DNA from: Octopus sinensis
Lineage: Eukaryota
Direction of reading: 5' to 3'
Assembly: GCF_006345805.1 (NCBI RefSeq)
Contig: NC_043007.1
Span: 33,542,001 to 33,606,000 of the forward strand
Length of the DNA: 64,000 nucleotides
Shown: one piece after another, positions 51,565 through 64,000 of the stretch
Layout: each line of letters starts with the position of its first letter
How positions within the stretch are numbered: the first letter of the stretch is position 1
Notes under the pieces: generated by a model
Told to the model about the DNA's origin: nothing
What the model saw: only the letters and a program-made list of their open reading frames with translations
Database searches by the model: none
Position numbers and translations under genes: made by a program

Positions 51565-51955
51565 CATCATCATGATCATCATCATTTAATGTCCACTTTC
51601 CATACTGGCATGAGTTGGAAGGTTTGAGTGAGGGCTGGTGAGCCAGAAGGCTGCACCAGTCTCCAATCTGATCTGGCAAAGTTTCTACAGCTGGATGCCC
51701 TTCCTAACACCAACGACTCTGAGAGTGTAGTGGATGCTTTTACATGCCACTGGCATGAGGGCCAGTCAGGTGGTACTGGCATTGGCCACACTCGAATATT
51801 GCTTTTTATGTGCCACCTGCACAGGAGCCAGCTTGGCAGCACTGGCAACGACCACAGTCGAATGTTGTTTTTTTTACATGCTACTGGCATGGGAGCCAGT
51901 CAGCGGCCCGGACAACGATCATGCTCAAATGGTGCTATTAATGTTCCACTGCCAT
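51565..51955 (-). mobile_element. RTE LINE 3' UTR fragment
   Basis: (CAT)n, terminus and three to four ~60-bp repeat units. Confidence 0.85.
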
Positions 51956-52250
51956 TTGGAGAGAATATTTTCTCACAAATAGTTAAGATTGAGAAAAGAA
52001 CCTTTTTAGAAAGTCAAACGATACTAACCTTTGGGAAGAGACTTCACAAAGTGTGTGTAGACTTTGCTTTTATAAATGTGCAAGTGCTTTCAGTTCTTTA
52101 AAATGTTAAGAACTCAAAGCACTTGCATATTTATAAAAGCAAAGCCTACACATATTTTGTGAAGTCTCTTCCCAAAGGTTAGTATCTTTTGACTTTCTAA
52201 AAAGATTCTTTTCTCAATCTTAACTTCTTGAGAAAAAAATCTCTCTAAAT
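51955..52250. repeat. Long inverted repeat, ~140-bp arms with almost no spacer
   Basis: gttaagattgagaaaagaa...gcaagtgctttcagttctt / aagaactcaaagcacttgc...ttcttttctcaatcttaac. Confidence 0.9.
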
Positions 52251-52395
52251 ATTATAACTATGTGGTTTCCCTCTAATATGTATATAATACAATTTTACTA
52301 AACCTTCAGTTTTTTTTTTCTATGTTAGACCACTGGTGTGAAATCGATGTTAATTAAATTAATATCTAATTTGTCACCCTCATTTTAAATTTATA

Positions 52396-52431
<36 letters not shown>

Positions 52432-52647
52432 TATAACAGGAAGGTTTACGAAAATAAACAAAAGACGAAGGCAGGCGGAGTACAAGCAAACAAATGTATT
52501 AGTATGGCGCTCAGGAATAGAAATAGAACAAGTCTTTTACGTTTCAAGCACACGCTCTTCGACAGAAAGATACACAGAAAAAAACAAGGAGAGAAAAAAA
52601 GTGCGTGTAGGAACTAACGATCTATCATGGCGTCCTGACTTCGGACA

Positions 52648-52650
<3 letters not shown>
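52432..52650 (-). mobile_element. H1-family hammerhead cassette; motif at 52533-52570
   Basis: UCUUU-CUGUCGA-A-GAGC-GUGU-GCUU-GAAA-C-GUA-AAAGA; embedded in TA-rich repeats. Confidence 0.75.
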
Positions 52651-52687
<37 letters not shown>

Positions 52688-52739
52688 CTAAAGGGCTCTG
52701 TTGTTGCTGTCAATACACATAAAATTGTATACATACATG

Positions 52740-53005
52740 CTGGCAGCAACCATAAATGGCCGCGGAAAGTGATGATTGTGATAGGCCAAATGGGACCTGA
52801 GTGAGAGTAAGTCTTCCCTTAGGGAAACATAAGACATGACCTGAATTCCCAAGGAAGGTGGAAAAGATGTTGCCCTAAAAATAGCTGGAGGCTGTATCCT
52901 GGGGCAAAGCCGATACAGTTGACATCCAAATATCCCAAAACACCAGACAAAAGTTGTCAATGGCCAATGTGCCACAGGGACAGAAAAGCTTAAGGCTTAA
53001 GACCA
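52740..53005 (+). pseudogene. Highly decayed RTE-clade LINE 3' end
   Basis: LNSQGRWKRCCPKNSWR resembles WNPQGKRKRGRPKNTWRR; ends 'gttgtcaatggccaatgtgccacaggga...gcttaaggcttaag'. Confidence 0.45.
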
Positions 53006-53022
53006 ATGGTCACTTGCATACT

Positions 53023-53256
53023 TAAGGCAGCGAACTGGCAGAAACGTTAGCACGCCGGGCGAAATATTTAGCGGTATTTCGACTGCCGTTACGCTCTGAG
53101 TTCAAATTCCGCCGAGGTCGACTTTGCTTTTCATCCTTTCGGGGTCGATTAAATAAGTACCAGTTACACACTGGGGTCGATATAATCGACTTAATCCGTG
53201 TGTCTGTCCTTGTTCGTCCCCTCTGTGTTTAGCCCCTTGTGGGTAGTAAAGAAATA
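53023..53256 (+). mobile_element. SINE family B, full length with ~15-bp TSD
   Basis: Flanked by ggtcacttgcatact (53008-53022) and ggttacttgcatact (53257-53271). Confidence 0.9.
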
Positions 53257-53908
53257 GGTTACTTGCATACTGGTCACTTGCCTGTATCTAAGTATCATAC
53301 AGCTTATGGCTCAGTATTTTTATATATATCTGAAAGCTGCATTTTGTACTGCTCGCTGTCCCAGATGCCTAAATGCAATATCTAAAACATACAATGTGAG
53401 AGAACATCATCCAAAAAAGAGGGGAGGGTCAAGAGTCTGCCGAAAAGGTCAGTAGAGTTGTAAAGTAAGGAGATAAGTGCAGAGAGGGAAACATTAAAGA
53501 AATAAAAGATGAGAGATTGTATGCCTAAATTAATATTTCCTTCAGGCAAGTTAGCTTGGAGTAAACTTATTCACAGAGAAGCTGACATTGATGATATCAG
53601 ATAAGAATTTTGAAGGTTATTTTGGTTAGTGGGGGGCTCCATTTCTGTGAATAAACAAAAGTGGTAAGTATTTGTTAGCATTTGTATATGTAGATGTGTG
53701 TGTGTATGGTTGTGTGACTGCCTTTATTTATGTAATATATATGTATGTAAATACAACTCTTTATCCCTATCTTTATATATATATATATATGATATCATAT
53801 ATATGTGTATGTATGTATGCATTTATGTATATACATATATATGTAAGTGTATGAATACATACATATGCATACATACATATATATATAATATATATGTATA
53901 TATATATG

Positions 53909-53949
<41 letters not shown>

Positions 53950-54882
53950 ATGCATTTATGTATATACATATATATGTAAGTGTATAAATATATATATATG
54001 CATGCACATATATATTTTTACAGATACATTTACACAAATGTACATACATAAATGTATCTGATTGTATTTGCATATGTGTGTGCATGCATGTATGTGTTTA
54101 TGTGTGTTAAATATGTATATTCATAAATAGTTTTTATACATGTTTCCATACACCGATAAAATATTTCCATTCATGCATGTATAAACACGCATATCAACTG
54201 TCACTACATTACTGCATGGTTGTCTTACTTAAATATGAGATAGTCACATGTGGCAATACCATGTTTCATTTCATAAGTAAGTCAAAGGAGTAGGAAGAGA
54301 AGGAAGAAGAAAAGAAGAAGGAGGTGGAGGAGGAGGGGGGGAAAGGGGTTTCTTTGCAGTCCTTCAGAGACTTGTGAGATAAATGTAGCCTGATCGTTTC
54401 TCTTAAACACATGCATTTTGGAGCCTGCAGGATAACTACGAGTGATACAGAACGGAAGAGGGCGGGGTGTTTGGTCTACGTAATTTCAACAGATCCACTT
54501 CCACCAAAGGGAGCATCCAAGGGCCAGTTATTGTTGTTGCTGTTGTTGTTGTTGTTGCTTACTGCCAACCAGCGAAATGACAGAATCATAAGAACATCAG
54601 ATAAAAAAAATTCGTAGTATTTGTTATGACCATCTGTTTTGAGTTCAAATCTCATTGAAGATAATATTCCCTTTTTTAACCATTCAGGGTTGATACACAG
54701 TACCGACTCAGAGTAATAGAGAAGTGGGAGTATATGAGATATAATATCTCTTGCTTTACTTCTTGCACTCCTTAAGTTTTCATATCAAATTCTGCTACTT
54801 CCTATTCAGGTAGCAAACTTAATGTATCACATGCTTTATCATGTGTATGTGTGTGTGTGTGTGTATATATATATATGTATGG

Positions 54883-54917
<35 letters not shown>

Positions 54918-54979
54918 TGTATATATATATTTATATTAAATATATATATATAATCTATATATATATATATATAAAATAA

Positions 54980-55208
54980 TGCACCCTTTTAAAGCCTAGC
55001 CAAGCTCATGGGCCCCATTTCCCGATTTCTATAGCTTATATGTTCCCCAGCTGGATGGGACACCAGTCCATCGCAGCATTAATCATTTTTGCCAGCTGAG
55101 TGGACTGGAGCAACGTGAAATGAAGTGTTTTGCTCAAGAATACAACGCGTTGCCCGGTCCAGGAATCAAAACCACAATCTTACGATCATGATGCTGACAC
55201 CCTAACCA
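54980..55208 (-). mobile_element. SINE family E
   Basis: 'gccagctgagtggactggagcaacgtgaaatgaagtgttttgctcaagaa...ccctaacca'. Confidence 0.8.
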
Positions 55209-55272
55209 TATATATATATATGTATTTTGTATCTTATCTAAATTAATTATTACTTAACCATCTTCTCACACC

Positions 55273-55320
55273 ATCTTCAATGAAGGGATATAATAAATAG
55301 CCCAGAAACAGCTGTAAGAT
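55273..55320 (+). ncRNA. Degenerate hammerhead motif (ACAGCUGU family)
   Basis: AUCU-UCAAUGA-A-GGG...CCC-A-GAAA-CAGCUG-UA-AGAU; stems intact, core 5' half mutated. Confidence 0.5.
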
Positions 55321-56137
55321 CATCTATTTATAAATGTTCTAAAATCTACACAGCCTTGGTTTTTTATCTCATTACGAAAAATATTTTATATATATATATT
55401 ATTTATTATTATGTGTATGTGCTTGAGTGTGTATACATATATACAATTATACTTCATACATAGGTACATAAATATAAAAGGATGTATACATGCAAAATAA
55501 TGTATATGCATGTTTAATATATTGATACCTGTATATACGTACTTGCATGCATATATATGCATATATACACAGCACATGTTAAGAGGGCACAAAAGTTCAA
55601 TTAATACAGTTTGTGGAACAAATATTTCACATGTCTGTCAAAGATATATATATATATAAAATCTATTCTGAGGTAGTCAAAGTTTACAATCGATACACAT
55701 CAGGATTATAACAAATGTGAAGAATAAGGTTACTTCAAACAAATTGATTATTATAAATGATTTAGGGAAATGCCCTTAAGTCATTTGATCGAATATTTTA
55801 AATTAATCACTGGAGTTTTCTCTCATGGACCATTCTCCCTTTTATTGTGTAATATAATATACAAAAAGATTAGAATTTTTCATATTTCTTAGTAAACACG
55901 ATATGAAATGTCTTAATGGTTTGCATAATGGGACAAAATTATTGTACTTGAAAGTTTAAATAATTTTGTAACTATTATTTTGGGATATTGTTAAACATTG
56001 TTTTCTACGGAATATTTATGATTAAGATATTGTTATATTTCATTCGTTATAATTATTTTTAGGAGTGGTTGATCAAATAAAAAAAAATCCTATCAAGTAC
56101 TGTGAGAAAATTTATCCAACTAATCCCCTCCTCTCAT

Positions 56138-56340
56138 TAACCCTTTAGTATTTAGATTATTCTGTCGAATATAGTGCTTGTTTATTCACAATAATTAATA
56201 TTTTGAATTAATCATGGATTATCTCATAGCTTTGAGATTGAATGGTATGATTGTTTATTTTTAGAATGACAATATAGAGTAGATGCGTGAGTTTGGACCT
56301 GGGCAGTTTGAACAAACAACTGATAAAATATTTTGGCCAT
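56138..56340. mobile_element. piggyBac-like MITE, truncated
   Basis: Starts ttaaccctttagtatt; homologous to 6559-6781. Confidence 0.55.
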
Positions 56341-56341
56341 A

Positions 56342-56480
56342 CAGTAATCCCTCAACTACCATGAGTGTTATATTCCCAAACCTCCTGCAATAGGTGAAAA
56401 TCCGCAAAGTAGAAACAGTACTGTACTGTATATATTTTTTATCATTTTTATAATTTGTACATATTTATTTTATCATAAAT
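56342..56480 (+). mobile_element. pogo/Tigger-like MITE left end
   Basis: TA|cagtaatccctcaactaccatgagtgttatattcccaaacctcctgcaataggtgaaaatccgcaaagt resembles Tigger/MER2-type termini; partner TIR not found. Confidence 0.5.
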
Positions 56481-56882
56481 GCAAAACAGTACCACACACT
56501 CGCCTCCCAAGTTTCGTTTTCCATACACTTGCGATTCTTTGTTTATTCATCAACGGAACACTACATATTTTGTTTTAATATATTTTAATTAATGTGTTAC
56601 ACAATGCAATACTGTACTTTATTTCTGTTTACTAATTTATTGATTTATTAATTTTTAGGTGTGAAACTGCTTCTTATACCAGGGAAATAATAAAAATCTA
56701 ATACATATATTTGTCCTATTTTCGGAGTATCTAAAGGACTAATATATATATTCGTCCTATTTTCGGGGTATCTAAAGGAATATTTATGCAAATAGAATCG
56801 GGTTTTAAAAGAATTTTCAGAAGCCCCTGTATAAGTTCAATATTCACTTTAGTGCTAATATACACTTTTATATACACGTGTA

Positions 56883-57305
56883 TACTCTTTTACTCTTTTA
56901 CTCTTTTACTTGTTTCAGTCATTTGACTGCGGCCATGCTGGAGCACCACCTTTAGTCGAGCAAATCGACCCCGGGAATTATTCTTTGTAAGCCCAGTACT
57001 TATTCTATTGGTCTCGTTTGCCGAACCGCAAAGTGACGGGGACGTAAACACACCAGCATCGGTTGTCAAGCAATGCTAGGGGGACAAACACAGACACACA
57101 AACATATACACACACACTTATATATATATATATACATATATATGACGGGCTTCTTTCAGTTTCCGTCTACCAAATCCACTCACAAGGCATTGGTCGGCCT
57201 GGGACTATAGCAGAAGACACTTGCCGAAGATGCTATGCAGTGGGACTGAACCCGGAACGATGTGGTTGGTTAGCAAGCTACTTACCACACAGCCATTCCT
57301 GTGCC
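56883..57305 (-). mobile_element. SINE family A, full length
   Basis: Reverse complement of the family consensus seen at 23223 and 31028. Confidence 0.9.
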
Positions 57306-57967
57306 TATATGTAATTTTATTTTATGAATATTCATTAAGCATATTCAGACTTCTTTCTTTCTTCCTTTCTTTCGTTATTCTTTCTCCCCCTATTTGTTAC
57401 TTGTATAGAATCCTGTAACATCACGCCCCCTCCTCTTCTTTTACGTCTTTAGCTATCTGTTGCTTATAAGATTGTTACCTTTTCTTCTCCTTTTTCTTCC
57501 CTCTCTCTGCATTTTACTTCTTGTCTTTACGTATACACCAAGTGATTTTTGCATGCGGGCAAGATTGCATATACATATGTATATGTGTATTTGTGTGTAT
57601 ATTTACGTCTGCATATGTATGTGGTCTGTGTACATCTATATTTGTGTATTTTGATGTATATATGTATATTGATGGTTTAGCATGCGTATATACTGTTGTG
57701 AAATATTTAAATTTTTAATATATTAATTGTATTAATCGAATTATATTTCATAAATAATTAATGACAATATGTATTTGAATCCGCTCTTGAATTTAGGTTT
57801 TTCCTTGATTTTCATATTTTATAATTTATTATTGTATGCATTTATTTTGTTTATTTTGTTTATCGCATGCTTAAGACCATTATTTGAAAGAACCAATGAA
57901 ACAAATCCATTTTTAAAGGTGTATTCTTTAACTAGTTTTGAACATATTGTTATTTCTGTTCTATTTT

Positions 57968-58115
57968 AACAAAACTGTCCGACAAACAGGAACTTGAAAC
58001 TCTGAGTAACAAATTTTGTTATATTTCTGCTGCTTTTAAATAAAGTATATTGCTCTACCTCTGGTATTTTAGTACTCTTTTTTCCACCTTGTTTCACATT
58101 TATGTGCTTACTCGG
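57968..58115 (+). mobile_element. H2-family cassette with decayed hammerhead
   Basis: ctgt-ccgacaa-acaggaactt-gaaa-ctctgag-ta-acaa, then sequence colinear with 42290-42395. Confidence 0.7.
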
Positions 58116-58417
58116 TATATATATATATATAATATATATATATACATTACTTATTCCATGTCCTCATGTTGTTGTTTTTTCTTGCTTGTTCCTGTTTGGA
58201 TTGACTATATATATATCAAAAGATAAAAATTTATTTAGGTGTTAAATACCCACCTAAGGGATATTAAATATCCAAAGAATTTACTGAATTTTTTTACCTA
58301 TACAAATAACAAAGTTATGAACTATCACTCATAACAAATAGGTAAATAAATAAATAAAATAAACATACAGTTTATCAATATATAAATATAAATTAGAAAT
58401 GGAAGCCAAAATAATAT

Positions 58418-58453
<36 letters not shown>

Positions 58454-58454
<1 letters not shown>

Positions 58455-58652
58455 CTTTATATATATAAAACTGAGAATGTGTGTCTGTCTGTCTGTCTGT
58501 GTGTTTCCCTAAAACTTGAGAACTACACAACCAATTTCATTCAAATTTTACATATGCCTTACTTAGGGTCCGGGGAGTGTCATTGGCAAAAAAATGTTCA
58601 ACTTCTTGCCTAGAGTGAGCCCATAGCAATATCATATCTTCTCTACTATTAA
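58454..58652 (+). mobile_element. Helitron-like 5' end, 3'-truncated
   Basis: A|TCtttatatatataaaactgagaatgtgtgtctgtctg..., similar to the 5' end of the 19469-19866 element. Confidence 0.6.
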
Positions 58653-58694
58653 CGTCCGCAGAAAACGGACGTTAAACGATGATGATGATGATGA

Positions 58695-58730
<36 letters not shown>

Positions 58731-58756
58731 ATGTGCTTAACCTTGTACATGTATAT

Positions 58757-60504
58757 ATAAACGAACTATAAAAGGAATGTTGCACACATACTAAATAGAA
58801 ACCGGTTTATTAACAGACTGCCATACCATTGATTGAAGAATGCTAATTAAGAAACCGTCCTTTCCTAATGATAAAATGTCATTTCCTGAAACATGTTTGA
58901 TGTCAAATGGTGTCACGTGATGACAGAATGTCTTGGATCCAAAGACATGAACTCAATATCTCGTGTGACCACCATTAGTGTTGATTACTGCCAGGCGTCT
59001 TCTGTACATTGACTGCACCAAATGATTGATGAAGGCAATGAGGATAGCAGTTCACACTCTGTTAAAACTTGCAGTGTGTTGTGCCACAGTTGTTGGTTTC
59101 AGATGGATGTCATTTATCCTTGTTTGGATTTCGTTCCACAGGTGCTCTATGGGGTTCAAATCCAGACTTGGGGCAGGCCATGGCAGAATCTAGATGTTGT
59201 GATGTTAGAGGAGGTCTGTTGTCAACCTGGCAGTATGGGCACGGGCATTGTCATGTTGGGACATGTGATACAGATGACGGGCAAAGTATGATGCAATGTT
59301 AGGCCTGAGTGCTTGGTCAATGTAGTCCCGGTCTTGGCTGATGTTTCGGAAGACCACCAGCCTAAGTTTCTGGTCGAGTGCAATCCTGTCCCATACCTAT
59401 TTCTTTATTACCCACAAGGAGCTAAACATAGAGGGGACAAACAAGGACAGACATAGGTATTAAGTCGATTACATCGACCCCAGTGTGTAACTGGTACTTA
59501 ATTTATCGACCCCAAAAGGATGAAAGGCAAAGTCGACCTCGGTGGAATTTGAACTCACAATGTAATGGCAGATGAAATACCGCAAAGCATTTCGCCCAGC
59601 TTGCTAACATTTCTGCCAGCTCACTGCCCCATACCATGACATTCTGTCTTCTCCATAGGTCTCTCTCCACCACACAGCCATCAGCTTGACTTCTCCAAAC
59701 CATAGTTCTGCCATCTGCCACAGAAATGCAATGTTAACTTTTGGCAGAGAAGACTACTGTCCTCCACTGCTGATATCACCAGTTCTGACGTTTTTGAGCC
59801 ATTTGCAGATGTGCCTGTCAATGATGATCTGTGAGGGTGAAGCCCCTAGCCAGACATCAACAAGACAGATCAAAAGATCTCAGCCAGTAGCAAACTGTCA
59901 CTGGACAAAAAAGATGAGCCCCTATGGGCTGCCTAGCTGATTCCACTACTCTCCAGAATCACTCCTGCAAATGCTGTCAGGACAGGTAGCGATCTTGATG
60001 TGCCATTGTAACACTCGGTCGACCACTGCATGGACAATCATCTGTGCTGTTTGTGACATTGTATCATTTCCCCAATCACTCAATTGTCTGAATACTGCAG
60101 TCCAAGTTATTAGCAATGACACAATGATGTTGATCAGCATGGAGACATCGGATGGCTTGCTCCCTCTGATTTCATGTCAGTCTTGGAATGGTTGCTGCAC
60201 TCAGAAAATGAACGACAAGGTGGTAAATCTGGGTGATGCTTTTTATACCCAGTGAGTCAACATTTTGCATGTGCACCATGCTTTTCAAAAAGATGTGTTT
60301 GCGAGCATTATCATGTTCACAAAAAATTAGGGAGTTCAAACCCTACATGCAATCCTTGTGTCTTCAAAAGAGAATGATGTTGTGGGTCAGTGACATCCTC
60401 CTGATGTCAAATTACTTAGAAATGGGATAAAATCCTTATATTCTCAATATTGTGTGTGAACCATATAATCTTTTACAGTGTGACATATCTTTTGTACTTC
60501 AGTA
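58757..60504 (-). mobile_element. Near full-length fossil Tc1 (DD34E) transposon; decayed ORF ~60189-58953
   Basis: PRLT*NQREQAI...DDCPCSGRPSVTMAHQDRYL...WRTVVFS...DGRTMVWR...VMVW...QHDNARAHTARLT...ILPWPAPSLDLNPIEHLWNEI...SMYRRRLAVINTNGGHTRY*; degenerate TIRs tataaacgaactataaaaggaatgttgca / tgtgacatatcttttgtacttcagtata. Confidence 0.85.
59398..59628 (-). mobile_element. SINE B inserted into the Tc1 ORF, 8-bp TSD
   Basis: cccatacc at 59390-59397 and 59628-59635. Confidence 0.9.
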
Positions 60505-60520
60505 TATATACATATATATA

Positions 60521-60578
<58 letters not shown>

Positions 60579-60767
60579 ATACACATATATATACCGAACA
60601 CACCTGAAGCTGCTTTTAATTCATATATATATTTATAGATATGTATATATAAGAAATGCCAGTGCAGGTTTTATTATGGCAACTGAATAATTGTCACGTA
60701 TATTACAAATACACACACATATATATATAAAAAAAAAATATATATATATATATATAATATATATATG

Positions 60768-60813
<46 letters not shown>

Positions 60814-60822
60814 TATATATAT

Positions 60823-61131
60823 ATGTGATCACCGTGACCGACCAGGCTATCAGATGTTGCTACATATCGCTGGACACAATGCGCTTCGCATTGTTTTAGC
60901 CTTCAAATGATGTCACCCTGCTGGCTAAGCGAGCAGGCCAACAGAAGAAAGAGTGAGAGAAAGTTGTTGCGAAAGAGTACAGCAGGGATCGCCACCACCC
61001 CCTGCTGGAGCCTCGTGGAGCTTTAGGTGTTTTCGCTCAATAAACACTCACAACGCCCGGTCTGGGAATCGAAACCATGATCCTACAACCGCTAGTCCGC
61101 TACCCTAACCACTGGGCCATTGTGCCTCCAC
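60823..61131 (-). mobile_element. SINE family C
   Basis: Reverse complement of 32643-32954. Confidence 0.9.
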
Positions 61132-61234
61132 ACATATATATATATGAAGATATATATGTATATATATGTATATTATATATATATATGTGTATATATATAT
61201 TTATATATATGTATATATATGTATGTATATATAC

Positions 61235-61266
<32 letters not shown>

Positions 61267-61617
61267 ATATAACTGTGTGTAAGTGTGTGCATGCATACAT
61301 GTGTATGAATATAGCCATGCATGCTTGTATGTATTTACGTATGTAGAGTAGTTGAAGTCTTCAGATATAGGTGATGAGTGATAAGCAACGAGCGTGGGTG
61401 TGGAAGTATTTAATTGTTAATCTGGAGTATTAGCATTTAACGAAGTAGCTATCAACCACAAATACCACATATTCTTAATCTAATTTCATGGCTTCTTTTC
61501 CCTTTGTTGTCTACACGCGCACACACACGCACACACACATGCACGCACAAACACGCACGCACATGCACACATATTCACTTATAAGGATACAAATGCATAT
61601 ATATGTATATGCGTGTC

Positions 61618-61619
<2 letters not shown>

Positions 61620-61688
<69 letters not shown>

Positions 61689-61769
61689 CTGTATATATAT
61701 ATATCTACATGTATGTGTATATATATATATGTATATATATATCCGTATATATATATATATATCTACATG

Positions 61770-61800
<31 letters not shown>

Positions 61801-61828
61801 TTAAGCATATATATATATACATATATAC

Positions 61829-61864
<36 letters not shown>

Positions 61865-61899
61865 ATATGTACACATATATATATATGCATATATATTTG

Positions 61900-61961
<62 letters not shown>

Positions 61962-62002
61962 ATATATATACACATACATACATATATATATATACATATA
62001 TA
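61620..62002. repeat. (TA)n-rich microsatellite tract, one of many in the window
   Basis: Visible repeat. Confidence 0.95.
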
Positions 62003-62229
62003 AATTCCGTTTGCTAATTACTCATTCATTTGTTTATTTACTTCAGTATTATTATTATTATTTTTTTAATATCTTGTTTTGCTATCTTCTTTCACCTTTC
62101 AAATGTTATCATGTATATATCTTCCTATTCAGTATAAAGTTTTTGTTTATTTTTCTATTGTATGGAAAGTACTTTGCACAATACGCAAGCCATTTCTAAT
62201 AACACTTTTATTTCTCTTTGTTTTATATA

Positions 62230-62500
62230 AATATATAGCTTCTGGAGTACCCTATATAATATGCGTGCCATATTTTAACAGTGTTATCTTCTGCTTTGTT
62301 TATGTATGTAACTTCTGTTGTACAAAATATAATGTGTGTACCATGCCTATTCATAAGGGTTTGATGTATGCTTTATTTATGTAACTTCTGAAGTACCCTT
62401 TGTAAGATACCTGTCGTGTCTAAAACTACTGTGATTTATTTGTTACTTTGTTTTTAATATACGTTTGTAACTCCTGGGGTACCCTACATAAAATGTACTC
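62230..62500. repeat. Degenerate ~70-85-bp minisatellite
   Basis: 'aacttctggagtaccct..taa'-like motif recurs near 62240, 62308, 62381 and 62467. Confidence 0.5.
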
Positions 62501-62794
62501 AATGTCTAGTAACATTGTTTTCTAAAATATGGGTATTTGTTTGTTGGCTTTGTTTCAGTATCAGACTTAATAAATCAAGTACTTGTTGAGACAAGTCCTT
62601 CTAGATCCTTCAAGGTGAAGCCCTAGCATTTCCACAGTCCAACGACAAACAGATAAAATGTAAATCCTGTGGTGCTGTGTGTTGTATGTGTACAGTACCC
62701 AGTAGTGCTGATATTTTAATTATATTTTTGATATGTGTAAGTCTTGAGATCCCAGCATATCAGGCTGTCTTTGGATAGACCCAGTAATGTATTG

Positions 62795-63020
62795 GTTTGG
62801 CAGAAGCGTTTGCACGCTGGGCGAAATGCTTTGTGGTATTTCGTCTGCCTATACATTCTGAGTTCAAATTCCGCTAGGTTGACTTTGCCTTTCATCCTTT
62901 CAGGGTTGATTAGATAAGTACCAGTTACGCAATGTGGTCGATATAATCGATTTAATCAGTTCGTCTATCCTAGTTTGTCCTTGCTGCGTTTAGCCCCTTG
63001 TGGGTAGTAAAAAAAATAGG
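62795..63020 (+). mobile_element. SINE family B
   Basis: Colinear with 53023-53256. Confidence 0.85.
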
Positions 63021-63148
63021 TTTTTCTTTGAGAAGAATTTGTAAATTCTTCAATCAGCTTTTCCTTATTTTTGGAGAAGGAGACGCATTATGTGGACTCC
63101 AATGAACCTCACCACAGTGTGGCATAGCAGATTCTAAGACAAAGAAAT

Positions 63149-63179
<31 letters not shown>

Positions 63180-63532
63180 TAAACAGACAGACAAATAAAT
63201 ACACAAACAGATAGACAGACAGACAGACAGACTGGGATGATAAATGGAGAGAAAAAAATAGAGAGAGTGAGAGAAGCAGAGATAGTTAGTGTAATTGATT
63301 TGACCTCCATCCTCAAAGCTGCCAGCCACATGCCAAAATTAAGAAAAATTATTATTGTTGTTGTTGTTGTTGTTGTTGTTGTTATCTGTAATTGATGTTG
63401 CCTACTCATTTGACATACTGTTAGTTTAAAACGATGGAAAGAAAGTGTACATGTACAATCTGCTTTAAATGCAAGACAGTCCAAATGTAGAAAATGGAAA
63501 AGGTACAAACAGAGCCAATTATTGTGGGGACT

Positions 63533-63891
63533 TTACTCTTTTACTCTTTTACTTGTTTCAGTCATTTGACTGCGGCCATGCTGGAGCACCGCCTTTAGTC
63601 GAGTAACTCGACCCCGGGACTTATTCTTTGTAAGCCCAGTACTTATTCTATCTATATATATATATATATGTATCGGCTTTTGCCTTTCCCTTGGATAACA
63701 CTGGTGGCATGGAGAGAGGAGGCTGGTATGCATGGGCGACTGCTGGTCTTCCATAAACAACCTTGCCCGGTCTTGCGCCTGGGAGGGTAACTTTCTAGGA
63801 GCAATCCCATGGTCACTCATTTTGCCGAACCGCTAAGTGACGGGGACATAAACACACCAGCATCGGGTGTCAAGCAATGCTAGGGGGACAA

Positions 63892-63928
<37 letters not shown>

Positions 63929-64000
63929 CATATATACGATGGGCTTCTTTCAGTTTCCGTCTACCAAATCCCCTCACAAGGCATTGGTCGGCCCGGGGCT
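63533..64000 (-). mobile_element. SINE A interrupted by a (TA)n + ~150-bp foreign insert; runs off the window
   Basis: SINE tail 63533-63651, insert 63652-63820, SINE resumes 'tttgccgaaccgctaag'. Confidence 0.85.

Noticed and set aside
52688-52975. 95-aa minus-strand ORF as a host exon
   Set aside because: Better explained as the antisense of a decayed RTE 3' end.

Overview
AT-rich, microsatellite-saturated eukaryotic DNA with no host gene I can support. The repeat content (tRNA-derived SINE families, RTE LINE 3' ends with (GAT)n tails, dense (TA)n/(CA)n/(GATA)n) points to a cephalopod, probably octopus, intron or intergenic region; that assignment is an inference. Almost all ORF-track entries are microsatellite or SINE read-through. 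Supported features: at least four SINE families; fossils of RTE, BovB-like and R4/Dong-like LINEs; a near full-length Tc1 fossil; a mariner fragment; non-autonomous Helitrons; piggyBac- and Tigger-like MITEs; and three local duplications. The most striking signal is about 18 minimal type I hammerhead-ribozyme motifs on both strands (CUGANGA...GAAA plus a palindromic stem III). They fall into several sequence families, mostly in short non-coding cassettes next to (TA)n tracts, as expected for remnants of Penelope-like element terminal repeats. They include two back-to-back inverted ribozyme pairs, one with a 14-bp target-site duplication, and a recurring CUGUNGA core variant. All folds, alignments and translations were done by eye, so boundaries of degenerate repeats are approximate.
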